From a virus (lineage: Duplodnaviria > Caudoviricetes): a stretch of 64,000 bases of DNA. The position numbers and the translations under genes are program-made. Below are positions 1-9,912 of this stretch, in pieces. The stretch covers positions 16,679 to 80,678 of the IMG/VR virus record IMGVR_UViG_3300037470_000569. One strand, written 5' to 3'. Position 1 is the first letter of the stretch. Each line of letters begins with the position of its first letter. The notes beneath the pieces are model-generated. The model was not told the DNA's origin. It did not search any database and saw nothing but the letters and a program-made list of their open reading frames with translations.

Positions 1-869
1 ACGTTCGGTTGATGTGCATCCCAATAGCCAGTCGGGACCGCCAGGACTGTGCTGTCTGGGTTAGTGCGGGTCACGTTGCCAGCTTGGCGGACGTAACCTG
101 GCGAACCGGACACGACCGTCGTGTCACAGTTCGCTGAGGTACCCGAATAAAGCGTTGTGATGGTCTGCGCCATGCCACGACCATCAAAGATCCATTCTCG
201 GAAGTCGCAGATCGGATCACGAGGCCAATCCGAGTCGATGTCACCAGGCCACGCCGCCTGTTGAATCGGCTCAGTCCAGAACTGACCATCACCAATTGGC
301 TTCGACGCTCTAGGACTTTTAACTAGCACGTCATGAAACTCAACTGGCGGACGACCCCGAGTCACATTCTCAATCGTGCATCGGAACGCCACCTCATCAG
401 CCTGTTGATCAGTGTCAACGTAAGGCGGCACTTGGTTATCACCGGGCTTAATCTCAAGAGCAAGCCAATCCTGCTTAGGCGATTTAAACACACGGAAGCG
501 CAACCATTCACCGTACTCCCAGGCCATGCCCATTGACACTGGCGAGTTTATATCGATGAACGAGTCAGGCGTCAGGACGTTGGTCGACCGAAACGTGCCA
601 CTAACTGAGTTGTCATAGCAACCCCAGTTAACGACTGTGCGTTGATCATCAGGCAAGTCGTCATTGTCATATGCCTGGATACCAATATGACCTGCGCCGA
701 CGCTGATACCAGATGCATCTAGGAAATCGACCTGTTGAGCCCAGTAGTAAAGCAGGACATCACCCCAGCCCTTAGCATGAATTGGCGGGCCCTGTACAGG
801 ACGAATGTCAATACCGATCTCGTCAACTGCATCACGCCTCCGAGTGCCGGGCACGGCATAGATGGCCAT
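1..869 (-). CDS. Virion structural/minor tail protein, partial (runs off left edge)
   Basis: Translated by hand: ATG at 869 overlaps the TAA of the upstream gene; frame MAIYAVPGTRRRDAVDEIG... stays open to position 1; lies in the tail module. Confidence 0.6.
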   Translation of the reverse strand, partial: MAIYAVPGTRRRDAVDEIGIDIRPVQGPPIHAKGWGDVLLYYWAQQVDFLDASGISVGAGHIGIQAYDNDDLPDDQRTVVNWGCYDNSVSGTFRSTNVLTPDSFIDINSPVSMGMAWEYGEWLRFRVFKSPKQDWLALEIKPGDNQVPPYVDTDQQADEVAFRCTIENVTRGRPPVEFHDVLVKSPRASKPIGDGQFWTEPIQQAAWPGDIDSDWPRDPICDFREWIFDGRGMAQTITTLYSGTSANCDTTVVSGSPGYVRQAGNVTRTNPDSTVLAVPTGYWDAHQPN

Positions 870-2344
870 TAGGCGGGGATCTCCACACCCACCCGGTGGA
901 TACCCAGCGTGCGAGCTGTCGCGTTGATCGTACGCAGGGAGGCTGTCGCTCGCATATACGTCGTAGCCCCAGGAATCGATGCAGCACCCGAGACGTCGAT
1001 CATCGGCCCGGAGCCCGTGCCAGCTGTCAGGTTGAATATCTGGCCGAATGGGTAACCGCCGCCAGGTCTCACGAAAACATAAAAGTCATAGACATTATTC
1101 TGCACGAGCGCCACGCCACTATCAAGAATGGCTTCCGTCGTCCCATTCTTCACGGTCATGAAGAAATTAGTCTGGGTCTTTCCACCATTAACATTGATCC
1201 GCTGGAATCCGTGACGGTGGCCAGCAGGATCATCCGCTCCAACACTGGTCGTGCCAGTCTGGTCGGTGAGACCGAGAAAGATGCGAGAGCCGGTGGATGC
1301 GCCGGAGTTGTTATAGGAGGCGTCCTCGAATGTGACCCGAGCGTGGTAGTAGTAGCCACACCAGGGCAAGACACTATCGCCACGGATCCATAGTAAGTTC
1401 GTAGAGAACACCGAGAAATCGGAGCCTGCTGTCGCGGCTGTTGACAGCTTAGTACGGAACCCCAGGATCGATGTTGGCGTGGGATGAGAGACGGTCGGTG
1501 TAGATGTCCCTGAGATAGTGCTCGGTGCCCACGATGAAAGCATGCAGCTAGATAGGGTCGTCCCTGTATTGGGAGTGGCCATCCACAGGTTCTCAGGACC
1601 GGTGATCATTGATCCAAGATACATTTCACGGTCATATGACCTGACGGCCAAGACCGGGCGGTAACCTAACCAGCGGGCATAGAACTTTAGGTGATCATCC
1701 TCAGCGAACGCGGCGGGCGTAGAGAACTGCGCTTGCAACGCTATCGCGCCAGAGCCGTCATCGGGGTAAAGCTCGAAGCCGCCCATCTGAGTGATGGGAT
1801 CTGAACCCGTATCAAGATGAGTGTCGGAGTGATCGGTGGAGGCGTATTCGCCGCCGTGTAGGTGATTACCAGCCGCGGCAGTCGTCGAAGTTGTTCCCAG
1901 CTCGGGTGTACGATTGATAAGCTGCCGCTTATCAACAATGTTCGCCGCGGTAATCGATGTGGCTGTCGCCGGGATGTAGACAACGCACAGCACAGTGCTC
2001 GACGCAGGGATCGCCGGAAACTCAGGCGCTGCTGCCGCGGTGCCAGCCACAATGGCGAGAGTCCCGCCTATATTAGTCTTAACGAGATCGAAACGATTCA
2101 GAGTGGCGTGTGCCGCTCCCGGTGTGACCGTCGCTCCAGTGATCGCTACGGGGGTAGAAGTGCCGACGTGAACTGAACCTGATGCAACCGCAACTCCGAG
2201 CGTAACACCCGAACTCGCGGGCGTACATACGCACCCGGACACGACCCCAAACGCATTGGCTGCGGCCGAGATAATGTCGAAATCAACACTGTCAGGTTCG
2301 GCCTGAGTAGGCCACGTAGCCCCACTCGTGTTCGGAATCGGCAT
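869..2344 (-). CDS. Minor tail / tail fibre-like protein (491 aa)
   Basis: A/T/G/S-rich beta-type composition, AAAGNHLH collar-like motif, tail-module context. Confidence 0.6.
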   Translation of the reverse strand: MPIPNTSGATWPTQAEPDSVDFDIISAAANAFGVVSGCVCTPASSGVTLGVAVASGSVHVGTSTPVAITGATVTPGAAHATLNRFDLVKTNIGGTLAIVAGTAAAAPEFPAIPASSTVLCVVYIPATATSITAANIVDKRQLINRTPELGTTSTTAAAGNHLHGGEYASTDHSDTHLDTGSDPITQMGGFELYPDDGSGAIALQAQFSTPAAFAEDDHLKFYARWLGYRPVLAVRSYDREMYLGSMITGPENLWMATPNTGTTLSSCMLSSWAPSTISGTSTPTVSHPTPTSILGFRTKLSTAATAGSDFSVFSTNLLWIRGDSVLPWCGYYYHARVTFEDASYNNSGASTGSRIFLGLTDQTGTTSVGADDPAGHRHGFQRINVNGGKTQTNFFMTVKNGTTEAILDSGVALVQNNVYDFYVFVRPGGGYPFGQIFNLTAGTGSGPMIDVSGAASIPGATTYMRATASLRTINATARTLGIHRVGVEIPA

Positions 2345-2356
2345 GAATCATTCCTA

Positions 2357-2758
2357 TCAGGCCGCGACGGGCGTGATCGCGAATGAGTGTGCCGTGAGCG
2401 TGAGCGTGTCACCCGTGTTCATAGTCTTCGGGACCGTGAGTGCAAACGAGTAGTAGAAGTTGCCAACCGTCAGCGCATCCCACACCGAGATGTAACCGAC
2501 GACCTCGCCATTCGTACCTGCCCATGAAGCCCACACCGGGAACGTGGCCACGATGGCCTTCACACCAGCTGCGGCTGCGCCCCAAGCAAGGACTACACGG
2601 GTGGTGACGCTCGACGGGTTGCTGGTGCCAGCCGCACCGGGATCGCCGGTGTTAGTATGCAACGCCGCGTATGTGTTCGCGGTCGCGGTGAACGTCGTAC
2701 CAGACAAGACGTTCAAGACCTTGTTGATGAAGTTAACGGGGTGAAGACCTGTGGCCAC
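2357..2758 (-). CDS. Small minor tail protein
   Basis: YAALHTNTGDPG...WDALTVGNF motif typical of actinophage small tail proteins. Confidence 0.6.
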   Translation of the reverse strand: MATGLHPVNFINKVLNVLSGTTFTATANTYAALHTNTGDPGAAGTSNPSSVTTRVVLAWGAAAAGVKAIVATFPVWASWAGTNGEVVGYISVWDALTVGNFYYSFALTVPKTMNTGDTLTLTAHSFAITPVAA

Positions 2759-2767
2759 AACCGCTCC

Positions 2768-3058
2768 TTACGATGATTGATGTGTTTCGAGTGCGGCCGC
2801 GACGTCGGGCGGCATACCAAATAGGTCAACAAGCTGGCTGGCCAAGGAGATGACCTTCTCCTGATCAATCTCGCATACATCAGCCCATTCACATGCGGAC
2901 GGCATGGCAGCGGCATACGCCTCGTAGAATTTGAAGGCGAGTGCTTCCGCATACTGACCGAGCGGTCCACGTTCAAGACCGATAGATCCGATGATCTCGC
3001 ACTTATATTCGACACCATCTGTGCCGGTGAAGAACGTTGTGCTAATCACATCACTCAT
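2768..3058 (-). CDS. Hypothetical protein (start reassigned to ATG 3058)
   Basis: TGATG coupling with the upstream stop. Confidence 0.55.
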   Translation of the reverse strand: MSDVISTTFFTGTDGVEYKCEIIGSIGLERGPLGQYAEALAFKFYEAYAAAMPSACEWADVCEIDQEKVISLASQLVDLFGMPPDVAAALETHQSS

Positions 3059-3405
3059 CAAACGCCTCCCTGCTGGAGAGTTGAATCCAATACGAATCGC
3101 CCCTTCACCCACGTACGTGTCTCACCACTATCCACTCGATCAAGTTCCCAGCGTCCACTGAAACTTGTCGCCCAAGCAGGCACAAGTAGTGGATTCCCTG
3201 TATCTAGTTGTAAGACCACCGGTGTACCATTGGGTGGCGTGACAGTGAAGAGCGCGACAGGTTCACCCTGGCACTGACCTTCCCAGAGATAACCTATCCA
3301 TGTACCCGACTCAAATGCCAGTGGTACCGTGACCTCGATGGTGACGAGATCGCCAGGTTCAGCGAAGATGTTTACCGTGGGCGCGAGTAGATCAAGCGTG
3401 CTCAC
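3058..3405 (-). CDS. Hypothetical virion protein (beta-sandwich-like)
   Basis: Coupled ORF in the structural operon; C-terminal TWVKGRF pattern. Confidence 0.5.
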   Translation of the reverse strand: MSTLDLLAPTVNIFAEPGDLVTIEVTVPLAFESGTWIGYLWEGQCQGEPVALFTVTPPNGTPVVLQLDTGNPLLVPAWATSFSGRWELDRVDSGETRTWVKGRFVLDSTLQQGGV

Positions 3406-4145
3406 GACTGCAACCTCGGGAGCGTCACATCAGGTGAATAGATCCGTGCACGGTCCTGGATCTTCCCTGGGTTATATGTCCTAATGAAGAGATCGGGAAT
3501 TGTGAGACCAGTCAAGCCTTCAGTGTCGCGTGTCATCGTCACACCGCGGCGTGTCACCGACACCGTCTTGAAGGGCAGTGCACAGTCTTCCCCACACATT
3601 TGCTTCATGATCTCAACGCCGAGGATACCCACCGCAAGCTTCCCTAAGTCAGTGAGCTCCGGACCAAATGACGCTGTGATCGACCAAACGCCCACTCCCC
3701 CCGTAACAGCCCAACTCTGACAGATGGGCCACTCGGCGCCAATCCGCACAAGCCGTACACCGTCGTAGAGCACCCAGTCATCTTCGTTGAGTACGATGTT
3801 ATCAACGGTGACGTACATGATGCGTGCGAACTCAGGCAGCAGAACTTCACTCGTGTTCGTACATGAACATACGTTTGCGCCACAGACACCACATGCGACG
3901 TTCAGCCACACACCATTGTAGAGACCCGGATGGGGCCAGCCATTGTCCAGTGCCCGATCGTCGTACGACGCGCACTCAGCACGACACGGTCGCACCGTTA
4001 CGGGGCAGTTGCCGAACTGTCTACCGGTCGCGCCCCAAAGGACCTCGGAGGCTGCTAAGAATGCCGCACCGGTGACCACGGGACTGTACCCGCAGATATC
4101 CGTACACAGCGTCGCCGGCCAGGGTGCGCATAGGTTCTCATACAA
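3402..4145 (-). CDS. Head-to-tail adaptor
   Basis: LWGATGRQFGNCPVTVRPC and C-terminal CALP..VSVTRRGV motifs as in actinophage adaptors. Confidence 0.65.
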   Translation of the reverse strand: MYENLCAPWPATLCTDICGYSPVVTGAAFLAASEVLWGATGRQFGNCPVTVRPCRAECASYDDRALDNGWPHPGLYNGVWLNVACGVCGANVCSCTNTSEVLLPEFARIMYVTVDNIVLNEDDWVLYDGVRLVRIGAEWPICQSWAVTGGVGVWSITASFGPELTDLGKLAVGILGVEIMKQMCGEDCALPFKTVSVTRRGVTMTRDTEGLTGLTIPDLFIRTYNPGKIQDRARIYSPDVTLPRLQS

Positions 4146-4161
4146 GAGCGCCCTCCCTGGC

Positions 4162-4824
4162 TTACGTGAGTGTTACTGCTCCACAGCCGGTCAGGGCGGG
4201 CAGAGCCTTGGAGACGATGTTGAACCCGTAGTGCGCATTCACAGGAACTGCGCTAATCCAGTCGTCACTCGTTGGACCGGCACCCCACGACGCGTGCGCT
4301 CTCTGGGTAGTCGCCATGAGAGACCATTCGAGGGCGTTATCCTCGATGGTGAAGTCGTTGAACCGACCGGCGTAGAGGTTGGGCCACGCCCAATAAGCAG
4401 ATGCAGGAATTGCACTCGAACATGCATTACCCGAGACGTTCTGCCAAACTTCCAGAGAGAAGTGTTGAGTGACGGTACCTTCGGTAACCCAGAAGCCAGT
4501 GCCAGTCGCAGGTGCACCGGTCGTGATCACGGTCGCTCCCGTGATGAGGTTCACGACATCCGGATCGATCGAGCAGAACTGGATGGTGAGGCTCGAGCGC
4601 TTATACTGATCAGGGCCACGCTCATTGACGCAGTATCCACCAGCCGCGTTCCGCACCTCATACTCGGTGCCATCCTCGTAGTCGTGGCTCACCTCGACCT
4701 GAACGAAACCGTCCGTGACGACAAGACCGCCGGCACCAGTCACCGGTACACCGCACTCAGTCAGGCGGGTGATTCGCATCCGAGTGCCCTGGATGGGGGC
4801 CGCGCAGAGAGTCGGTGCTGCCAC
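4162..4824 (-). CDS. Major tail protein
   Basis: GTRMRITRLTECGVPV...DGFVQVEVS...RNAAGGYCV pattern; follows the capsid genes. Confidence 0.7.
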   Translation of the reverse strand: MAAPTLCAAPIQGTRMRITRLTECGVPVTGAGGLVVTDGFVQVEVSHDYEDGTEYEVRNAAGGYCVNERGPDQYKRSSLTIQFCSIDPDVVNLITGATVITTGAPATGTGFWVTEGTVTQHFSLEVWQNVSGNACSSAIPASAYWAWPNLYAGRFNDFTIEDNALEWSLMATTQRAHASWGAGPTSDDWISAVPVNAHYGFNIVSKALPALTGCGAVTLT

Positions 4825-4834
4825 TGGTTATCTC

Positions 4835-5722
4835 CTAGTTCTCATTGAACGTACCCGCACTTTGACCACCGAGACTAATGAGAATAGCCAGGTGACAACA
4901 GTCCCAGTCGATCACATAAGTACGTTCCGCGACGACGATGACATCGTTCTTTGCTCGGTCGACGATCTCGGCATTCGTCGTACCTCTGACTTCGACAGGA
5001 CCTCGCCGCACCTGCACGGCGCCCGTCGCATACACCCAGCGACTTGCGGTGGGTTGCGACCCATCAGGTCCGGTGCCGGGATAGCCGTCACCGGACACCA
5101 CCATGTGATTGGACGGCGACCGCAGTCGACCACCCTCTCGCCGGAGTAAGCCATATGCTTCCCAGGAAGCAACGATCGAATTCGGTGCGTGGATAACTCC
5201 CTCGGCGCCGTAGCACCAGCCGAGAGCTTCCTCCAGTCGAGCAAGACCTTCGACTGGATCAACCGTGGCGCCACCGGAGACGACGACCGAAGCCGCCGTC
5301 TGCTCGATGACGCCGTCAGCACCGATGATGGCGGCGTTAGCAGCGAGGTGTGGAGTCGTTCCGAATGCACCAGTCCAGAACTCGCGCTCGACGGCGCGAC
5401 CCTCACCGTTGATCAGACCTTGTGTGGCATAATTCTGCGCATCATTGATGTATCCCGGTGGACCGCACACCGGCAATGAGTACACCGTGAAGGGCATTGC
5501 GCCTCTGACGCTCAAAGCGTCGATGCGTACCTTGTCGCCGGTACCCGTGATCGCGCAGCTTGCGGTGGTGACCGTTGCTGGAGCGCAGGTCCCGACCTCG
5601 AACCTGACGCCCATTTGCCAGTGTGGGTCTGTCTCGGTCTGAAGCTGTGCGACTGAAAGCAGACCGTAGGGAGTCGTGACACGCGTCGGCCGGGTGACGA
5701 TCGGTCGTGCGGCTGAGATCAC
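4835..5722 (-). CDS. Major capsid pentamer-type protein
   Basis: PYGLLSVA N-terminus, VEREFWTG, VVAERTYVI; directly after the capsid hexamer gene; RBS GAAGGGAG. Confidence 0.7.
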   Translation of the reverse strand: MISAARPIVTRPTRVTTPYGLLSVAQLQTETDPHWQMGVRFEVGTCAPATVTTASCAITGTGDKVRIDALSVRGAMPFTVYSLPVCGPPGYINDAQNYATQGLINGEGRAVEREFWTGAFGTTPHLAANAAIIGADGVIEQTAASVVVSGGATVDPVEGLARLEEALGWCYGAEGVIHAPNSIVASWEAYGLLRREGGRLRSPSNHMVVSGDGYPGTGPDGSQPTASRWVYATGAVQVRRGPVEVRGTTNAEIVDRAKNDVIVVAERTYVIDWDCCHLAILISLGGQSAGTFNEN

Positions 5723-5770
5723 GTGTCACGCTCCCTTCAGGTTCATCACGGGCTTGGTCAACCGCTACGA

Positions 5771-7471
5771 TCAGGGGCCGGTGTTGGCGCAGGTAAGGCT
5801 GGCCGCACCGGTCATACCACTGGCGCAGAAGTCGAGGGTGACCAACCGGGACTGGTGTCCGATCATCGCCGTCAACTTACACTCCTCGGTCCAGGCCGCG
5901 GTGTGGTCGTTCTTGGCGTTGAGCGCGGAGTCCCGCACAACGCCGAGGTTCAGGTCGAGGCCCATACCGACGACCCAGGTACCTGCGGCGTAGATGAGGA
6001 ACTGCACGAAGTTCGGCCACTGGGTGCGCGGCGTGATCTGACCGAGCTGATCGCCCGAACCGAGCTGCCAGTCGCTGACGTACTGGACCCGCACGTAACG
6101 CGCATCGAACCAAGCGTTCATCTGGGCGTCGGTAACGGCCATCATGTTCTCGACGCCGGTGCGCTTAGCGAGATCCGAGCGAATCGCTTCCTTCGCCCAG
6201 CGGGGGAGCACGACCTCGAGGATCTCGTTATCACACATCCGGAACCGCTCGCGGTAGTCGGCGGCCTGCAGTCCGATGGCACCGAGCAGACCCGATGCGA
6301 GCGGGACGTCAGTACCAGTGACAGTAACCGAGGTCGAACCCGCGACGATGTCGGCAATGATCCGCTGATTCATGATGTGCTCATGAGCATTCATCACGAG
6401 CCGGAGGTAGTTGGAGATCATCTCCGGGTAAGCCGACTCAGTCAGGTTGCCAGCGGTGATGCAGAGACCGTGACACGCGAGCCGCAGCTCATTGAACGAC
6501 GGGCACGGAACTCGAACGCAAGGCTTGGTGCCAGCGCCCGTGACGGCGAGAATGTCATCGCCTTCGGTCCAGAGCCAGATGTCATCCAGTGCATCGGCGA
6601 TCGTCGGCGACGTAGGCCACCGAATGCCACCGCGAGTCACGCCGACGGTCGGCACGTCGATGATGCCGTCGCCGCAGGCGATGTTGAAGAAGTCGTAGAT
6701 GATCGTGCTGGGTGCACACCAGCCGCCGGCGGCGACGAGGTTCTGCGGATCGGCCGCACGATGCATCACGTCCCAGATCTGCTCCGGAGCGGTCTCCCGG
6801 TCGAGGACGAGCGGGTACTCCTTGCGAATCGTAGCGACGGTGGTGTAGCCCGACGGCATCGCCAGCGTGTTCGCCCGACGGTGCACCGCATCGGTGAGGT
6901 AGTCCAGCGTCTCGAGCTGGCGACCCGCGGCGTACATCGGCACGTCGGGAGCGGTGACAACCTGAGCAGTCGGATAGTTGAGCCCGATGCCAGGGTCCGG
7001 AGCTCGCCGAGCAACCTCACTAAGCGGAACATTGAGGCGCTTCCGCTTCACGACCAGCGCACCAGTCCGAGTCTGTCCAGCGCCGGCGGACGCCGTGACC
7101 GGCACAGGCTCGGGCACCACCTCAGGCTCGGGCTCCGGTGCCGGCTCGGGCTCGGGCACCTCGACGGCGGCGGTCTCGACACGCACGCCCATCGACTGGA
7201 GTTGAGCATCGAGCTCGGCTGCTTCAGCAGCCAGTGCCTCGTTCTCTTCGTCGCGTCGCTTCGTCTCGACGTTGACGCGTTCGATCGCGGCAGTGATCGT
7301 GCGCAGCTCGGTGACCTTGTCGGCCGAGAGCGCGCCCTCACTGCGAATGGCATCGAAGGTACGCAGGAGCTCGGAGCCCAGCGTCTCGAGGTCACCGTCA
7401 GTCAAGGACGTCAGGTTCTCGGGGACGACCAGGTTCTCATCGCCTCCCGAGGCTTGCGTTTCAGGCTCCAT
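5771..7471 (-). CDS. Major capsid (hexamer) protein with N-terminal coiled-coil
   Basis: LVAAGGWCAPS..YDFF, DVPTVGVTRGGIRWPTSP; N-terminal helical scaffold region plus PE-rich linker. Confidence 0.85.
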   Translation of the reverse strand: MEPETQASGGDENLVVPENLTSLTDGDLETLGSELLRTFDAIRSEGALSADKVTELRTITAAIERVNVETKRRDEENEALAAEAAELDAQLQSMGVRVETAAVEVPEPEPAPEPEPEVVPEPVPVTASAGAGQTRTGALVVKRKRLNVPLSEVARRAPDPGIGLNYPTAQVVTAPDVPMYAAGRQLETLDYLTDAVHRRANTLAMPSGYTTVATIRKEYPLVLDRETAPEQIWDVMHRAADPQNLVAAGGWCAPSTIIYDFFNIACGDGIIDVPTVGVTRGGIRWPTSPTIADALDDIWLWTEGDDILAVTGAGTKPCVRVPCPSFNELRLACHGLCITAGNLTESAYPEMISNYLRLVMNAHEHIMNQRIIADIVAGSTSVTVTGTDVPLASGLLGAIGLQAADYRERFRMCDNEILEVVLPRWAKEAIRSDLAKRTGVENMMAVTDAQMNAWFDARYVRVQYVSDWQLGSGDQLGQITPRTQWPNFVQFLIYAAGTWVVGMGLDLNLGVVRDSALNAKNDHTAAWTEECKLTAMIGHQSRLVTLDFCASGMTGAASLTCANTGP

Positions 7472-7679
7472 GGTTCCTCACGTGGTGATCGGGTTCTACA
7501 CCGTCCGATCCCTCGAGCCGTGAGGTTCACCTCTCGCTCTCACGCGGACTATATCTACGCGTGACTGTCGCGGTTGGATCTCTGACCGCGCCGACACTCG
7601 GTGCCGGTTGCTCAGGCGAATAGTACCACCGGTCTGTGCAGCCGTCGACACTCCAGGACAGATTCTTCCAAGGATCCTG

Positions 7680-7708
7680 TTGACTACGAACCCGAGATGT
7701 TGTAATAT
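7680..7708 (+). promoter_or_regulatory. Sigma70/SigA-type promoter
   Basis: TTGACT-N17-TAATAT upstream of 7742. Confidence 0.7.
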
Positions 7709-7741
7709 GTTCATAACAATTGAGACGAAACTGAGGATGAG

Positions 7742-8167
7742 ATGGACGCTAAGACGGCGATCGAGACCATCAACGATGACATCGTGTATAAGCCCGGGTG
7801 GATGATCACCGCGGAACCATACACGCAAGCTACGCCGCGCATCGTCGTTCACTTCGAGTTCAATACCTGGAACTCGAATCGTGAGTACTTCCAGGAGGGC
7901 ACCACCCGACTGCGGGAGGCTCGCATCCGCGTGGCTCACACGCTTGCGGTCAGCGATCTCAAGACGACTGAAGACCTGATGTTCGAACTGCTCATGCTGA
8001 TCCTCGACACCGAGACTCACGAAGCGCGAGAGTTTCTCCGTCTCAAGTCAGCTGAGTTCAACGCCCCGTTCCACCCTCACCGTCTGATGGAGATGCACGG
8101 TTTCGGCGAGCGCACGGGCGCAGGTCTCCAGAGCTTCATCCACGACCTCCACTACGGAGCGGTGTAA
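7742..8167 (+). CDS. Conserved phage hypothetical protein
   Basis: Promoter plus RBS; HEAREF...PFHPH motif. Confidence 0.7.
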   Translation: MDAKTAIETINDDIVYKPGWMITAEPYTQATPRIVVHFEFNTWNSNREYFQEGTTRLREARIRVAHTLAVSDLKTTEDLMFELLMLILDTETHEAREFLRLKSAEFNAPFHPHRLMEMHGFGERTGAGLQSFIHDLHYGAV

Positions 8168-8190
8168 GCGGAATCTTTCGTGAGAACTTA

Positions 8191-8219
8191 TTGACTCGAT
8201 CATCACTTCCTGTTAGAAT
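8191..8219 (+). promoter_or_regulatory. SigA-type promoter (repeated cassette)
   Basis: TTGACT-N17-TAGAAT followed by GTTCTTAGAAGGTTGAT. Confidence 0.8.
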
Positions 8220-8256
8220 GTTCTTAGAAGGTTGATCGAGGAACCCAGGAGCTAAG

Positions 8257-8403
8257 ATGAACGCCAAGCCCGACGCCAAACCCAGCACCGTCGTTGTTTA
8301 CGCCCTCGACCGGGACGAGTCTGACTGCTGCGAGGCCCTGACCCCCGGATGCCCCGTCAACCACACCAAGTCCCCCCGCGACGCAGGTTGTGAGACATGG
8401 TGA
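8257..8403 (+). CDS. Small Cys-rich hypothetical protein (48 aa)
   Basis: RBS AGGAG, ATG 8257, GTGA coupling to the next gene. Confidence 0.6.
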   Translation: MNAKPDAKPSTVVVYALDRDESDCCEALTPGCPVNHTKSPRDAGCETW

Positions 8404-8651
8404 CTTATGCGAAGTGCAGGTTTGGTGCGGATGTCGCACACTGCGAGCTTTGCGGTTCGACCGACCGTGAAGATCTCACGACCGGTGACCAGGGGTACAC
8501 CGCCTGTTGCAACGAGCCTGTGCGCTATGGGCGTTGTGACCAGGAGCATGACGTCAGGAACATGGGTTCACCCGCTAAGAACTTTGGGCGACCACGCCCA
8601 GAGCTCTGCCCTCACGGTGAGTATTGGAAATTCTGTGAAGGGACACACTAA
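8400..8651 (+). CDS. Cys-rich hypothetical protein
   Basis: CELCG, CC and CPH motifs; coupled to both neighbours. Confidence 0.6.
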   Translation: MTYAKCRFGADVAHCELCGSTDREDLTTGDQGYTACCNEPVRYGRCDQEHDVRNMGSPAKNFGRPRPELCPHGEYWKFCEGTH

Positions 8652-8785
8652 TGGACATCAGCGACTGGACAACCTGTGAGATGTACGGTCACCGGTTCCT
8701 CAACACCGAAGGCGAAGCGCCTAAACCCGGTGAGTGTGGGCACTGCGCCGACTGCGACGAAGACAACGGCGAGTGTGATGACTGA
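8651..8785 (+). CDS. Small acidic Cys-rich protein (44 aa)
   Basis: MDISDWTTCEMYGH...CADCDE; TAATG and TGATG coupling. Confidence 0.55.
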   Translation: MDISDWTTCEMYGHRFLNTEGEAPKPGECGHCADCDEDNGECDD

Positions 8786-8940
8786 TGAGTATCACGTTCC
8801 GCATCGGCCGCGATGGGTTGGCGCACGCCTGCCCAACTGGCTGGGTCACCGCTCTTTGTGGCATCCAGTGCACCACGACAACAACCACCGGCGTTCCTCA
8901 CGAACGCTGCATGCAACTAGCTGTGGAGCAGGCAATATGA
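8785..8940 (+). CDS. Small hypothetical protein (51 aa)
   Basis: Coupled on both sides. Confidence 0.5.
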   Translation: MSITFRIGRDGLAHACPTGWVTALCGIQCTTTTTTGVPHERCMQLAVEQAI

Positions 8941-9131
8941 AGCTAAGGTTCTGGCAACGAGACACCCGACCGTACGCCGTGATTACGTGGTGTGAAGAGC
9001 ATCAAGCGTGGCACTTCCGTCCGGTCGATCCAATCGGAACACTCGCGGAGTCGGTTCACGAGTTGAAGTATAATCACATCCTCGATGCGGTGAAGGCCGC
9101 CGACAGCGCCGGCTATCGACTCGTCGCTTAG
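8937..9131 (+). CDS. Hypothetical protein (64 aa, start reassigned)
   Basis: ATGA overlap at 8937; MKLRFWQRD... Confidence 0.55.
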   Translation: MKLRFWQRDTRPYAVITWCEEHQAWHFRPVDPIGTLAESVHELKYNHILDAVKAADSAGYRLVA

Positions 9132-9134
9132 CTC

Positions 9135-9344
9135 ATGAGAGTCACCTCGAGAGGTGCTAAGTTCGAGGTCCTGCTTTATCGGAAGCGTCACCGACTCTTC
9201 AAGCGTTGTGTAGTGAAGTCACGCTATGCTGCGAAGCAGCTCCGAGCGGAGTGGGAAGAGAAGTACGACCACACCTATACGGTCGAGGTGCATAAGATCA
9301 TTCCAGTGAAGGAGACAACCAGTGAAAAACATCAAGAAGTCTAA
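9135..9344 (+). CDS. Basic hypothetical protein
   Basis: ORF track; operon continuity. Confidence 0.55.
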   Translation: MRVTSRGAKFEVLLYRKRHRLFKRCVVKSRYAAKQLRAEWEEKYDHTYTVEVHKIIPVKETTSEKHQEV

Positions 9345-9435
9345 GAAGCGTCTCGAGGCACGTGTCAAAGCCTACGAGTCTCTGAAGGCCGATGATGGCT
9401 ACCGCAAGCCAGGCAGCCTGAAGAAAGTTCACTAG
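9322..9435 (+). CDS. Small basic protein (37 aa)
   Basis: GTG after GGAG; MKNIKKSKKRLEARVKAY... Confidence 0.45.
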   Translation: MKNIKKSKKRLEARVKAYESLKADDGYRKPGSLKKVH

Positions 9436-9534
9436 GATCGCGTCACCATCCCCGACACCGTCGTCGGGCGCGGAGGTATAGGGCCGGACCGAGCAGCGTC
9501 GCTCGGCCGGCACCTGCCTCATTAAAGAGAGGAG

Positions 9535-9712
9535 ATGTACATGGAGACACCCTACTGCGATCGACACCATCACATTTGCGTATCAAGCTCGTCTCTACGA
9601 GCTCTGGGGCTACGACAGTTATCACGCATCAAATAAGCTCGAGGGTGAGCAGATCATCGCCGCGATGCGTGAACTTCACGGCATCGAGCTCGAAGACCCA
9701 TGGAGTAACTGA
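9535..9712 (+). pseudogene. Small gene apparently interrupted by a +1 frameshift near 9550
   Basis: RBS and ATG are in one frame; the protein-like body is in the +1 frame and ends TGATG-coupled to 9712. Confidence 0.4.
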
Positions 9713-9912
9713 TGAATGCGACCAAGTTCTGCGTGACCTGCGAGAAGCTCACTGATCATCAGACACATCGACACCGTGAGGCGCTCGCCGAGCGCCAGCA
9801 CACACCCTCGCAGTGCCCTGTGCTACACGTCGACGATGACGACGAGGACATGACCGCGAACGACATGTTCGAGGCGCTCGGTAGTTCATTCCGAATCGAC
9901 GACACCACGTGA
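9712..9912 (+). CDS. Hypothetical protein
   Basis: CxxC...H motif; coupled to neighbours. Confidence 0.55.
   Translation: MNATKFCVTCEKLTDHQTHRHREALAERQHTPSQCPVLHVDDDDEDMTANDMFEALGSSFRIDDTT

Noticed and set aside
5723-7564. 613-aa plus-strand ORF
   Set aside because: Antisense shadow of the high-GC capsid gene, with no motifs. Unlike the intein antisense ORF, it has no recognisable domain.
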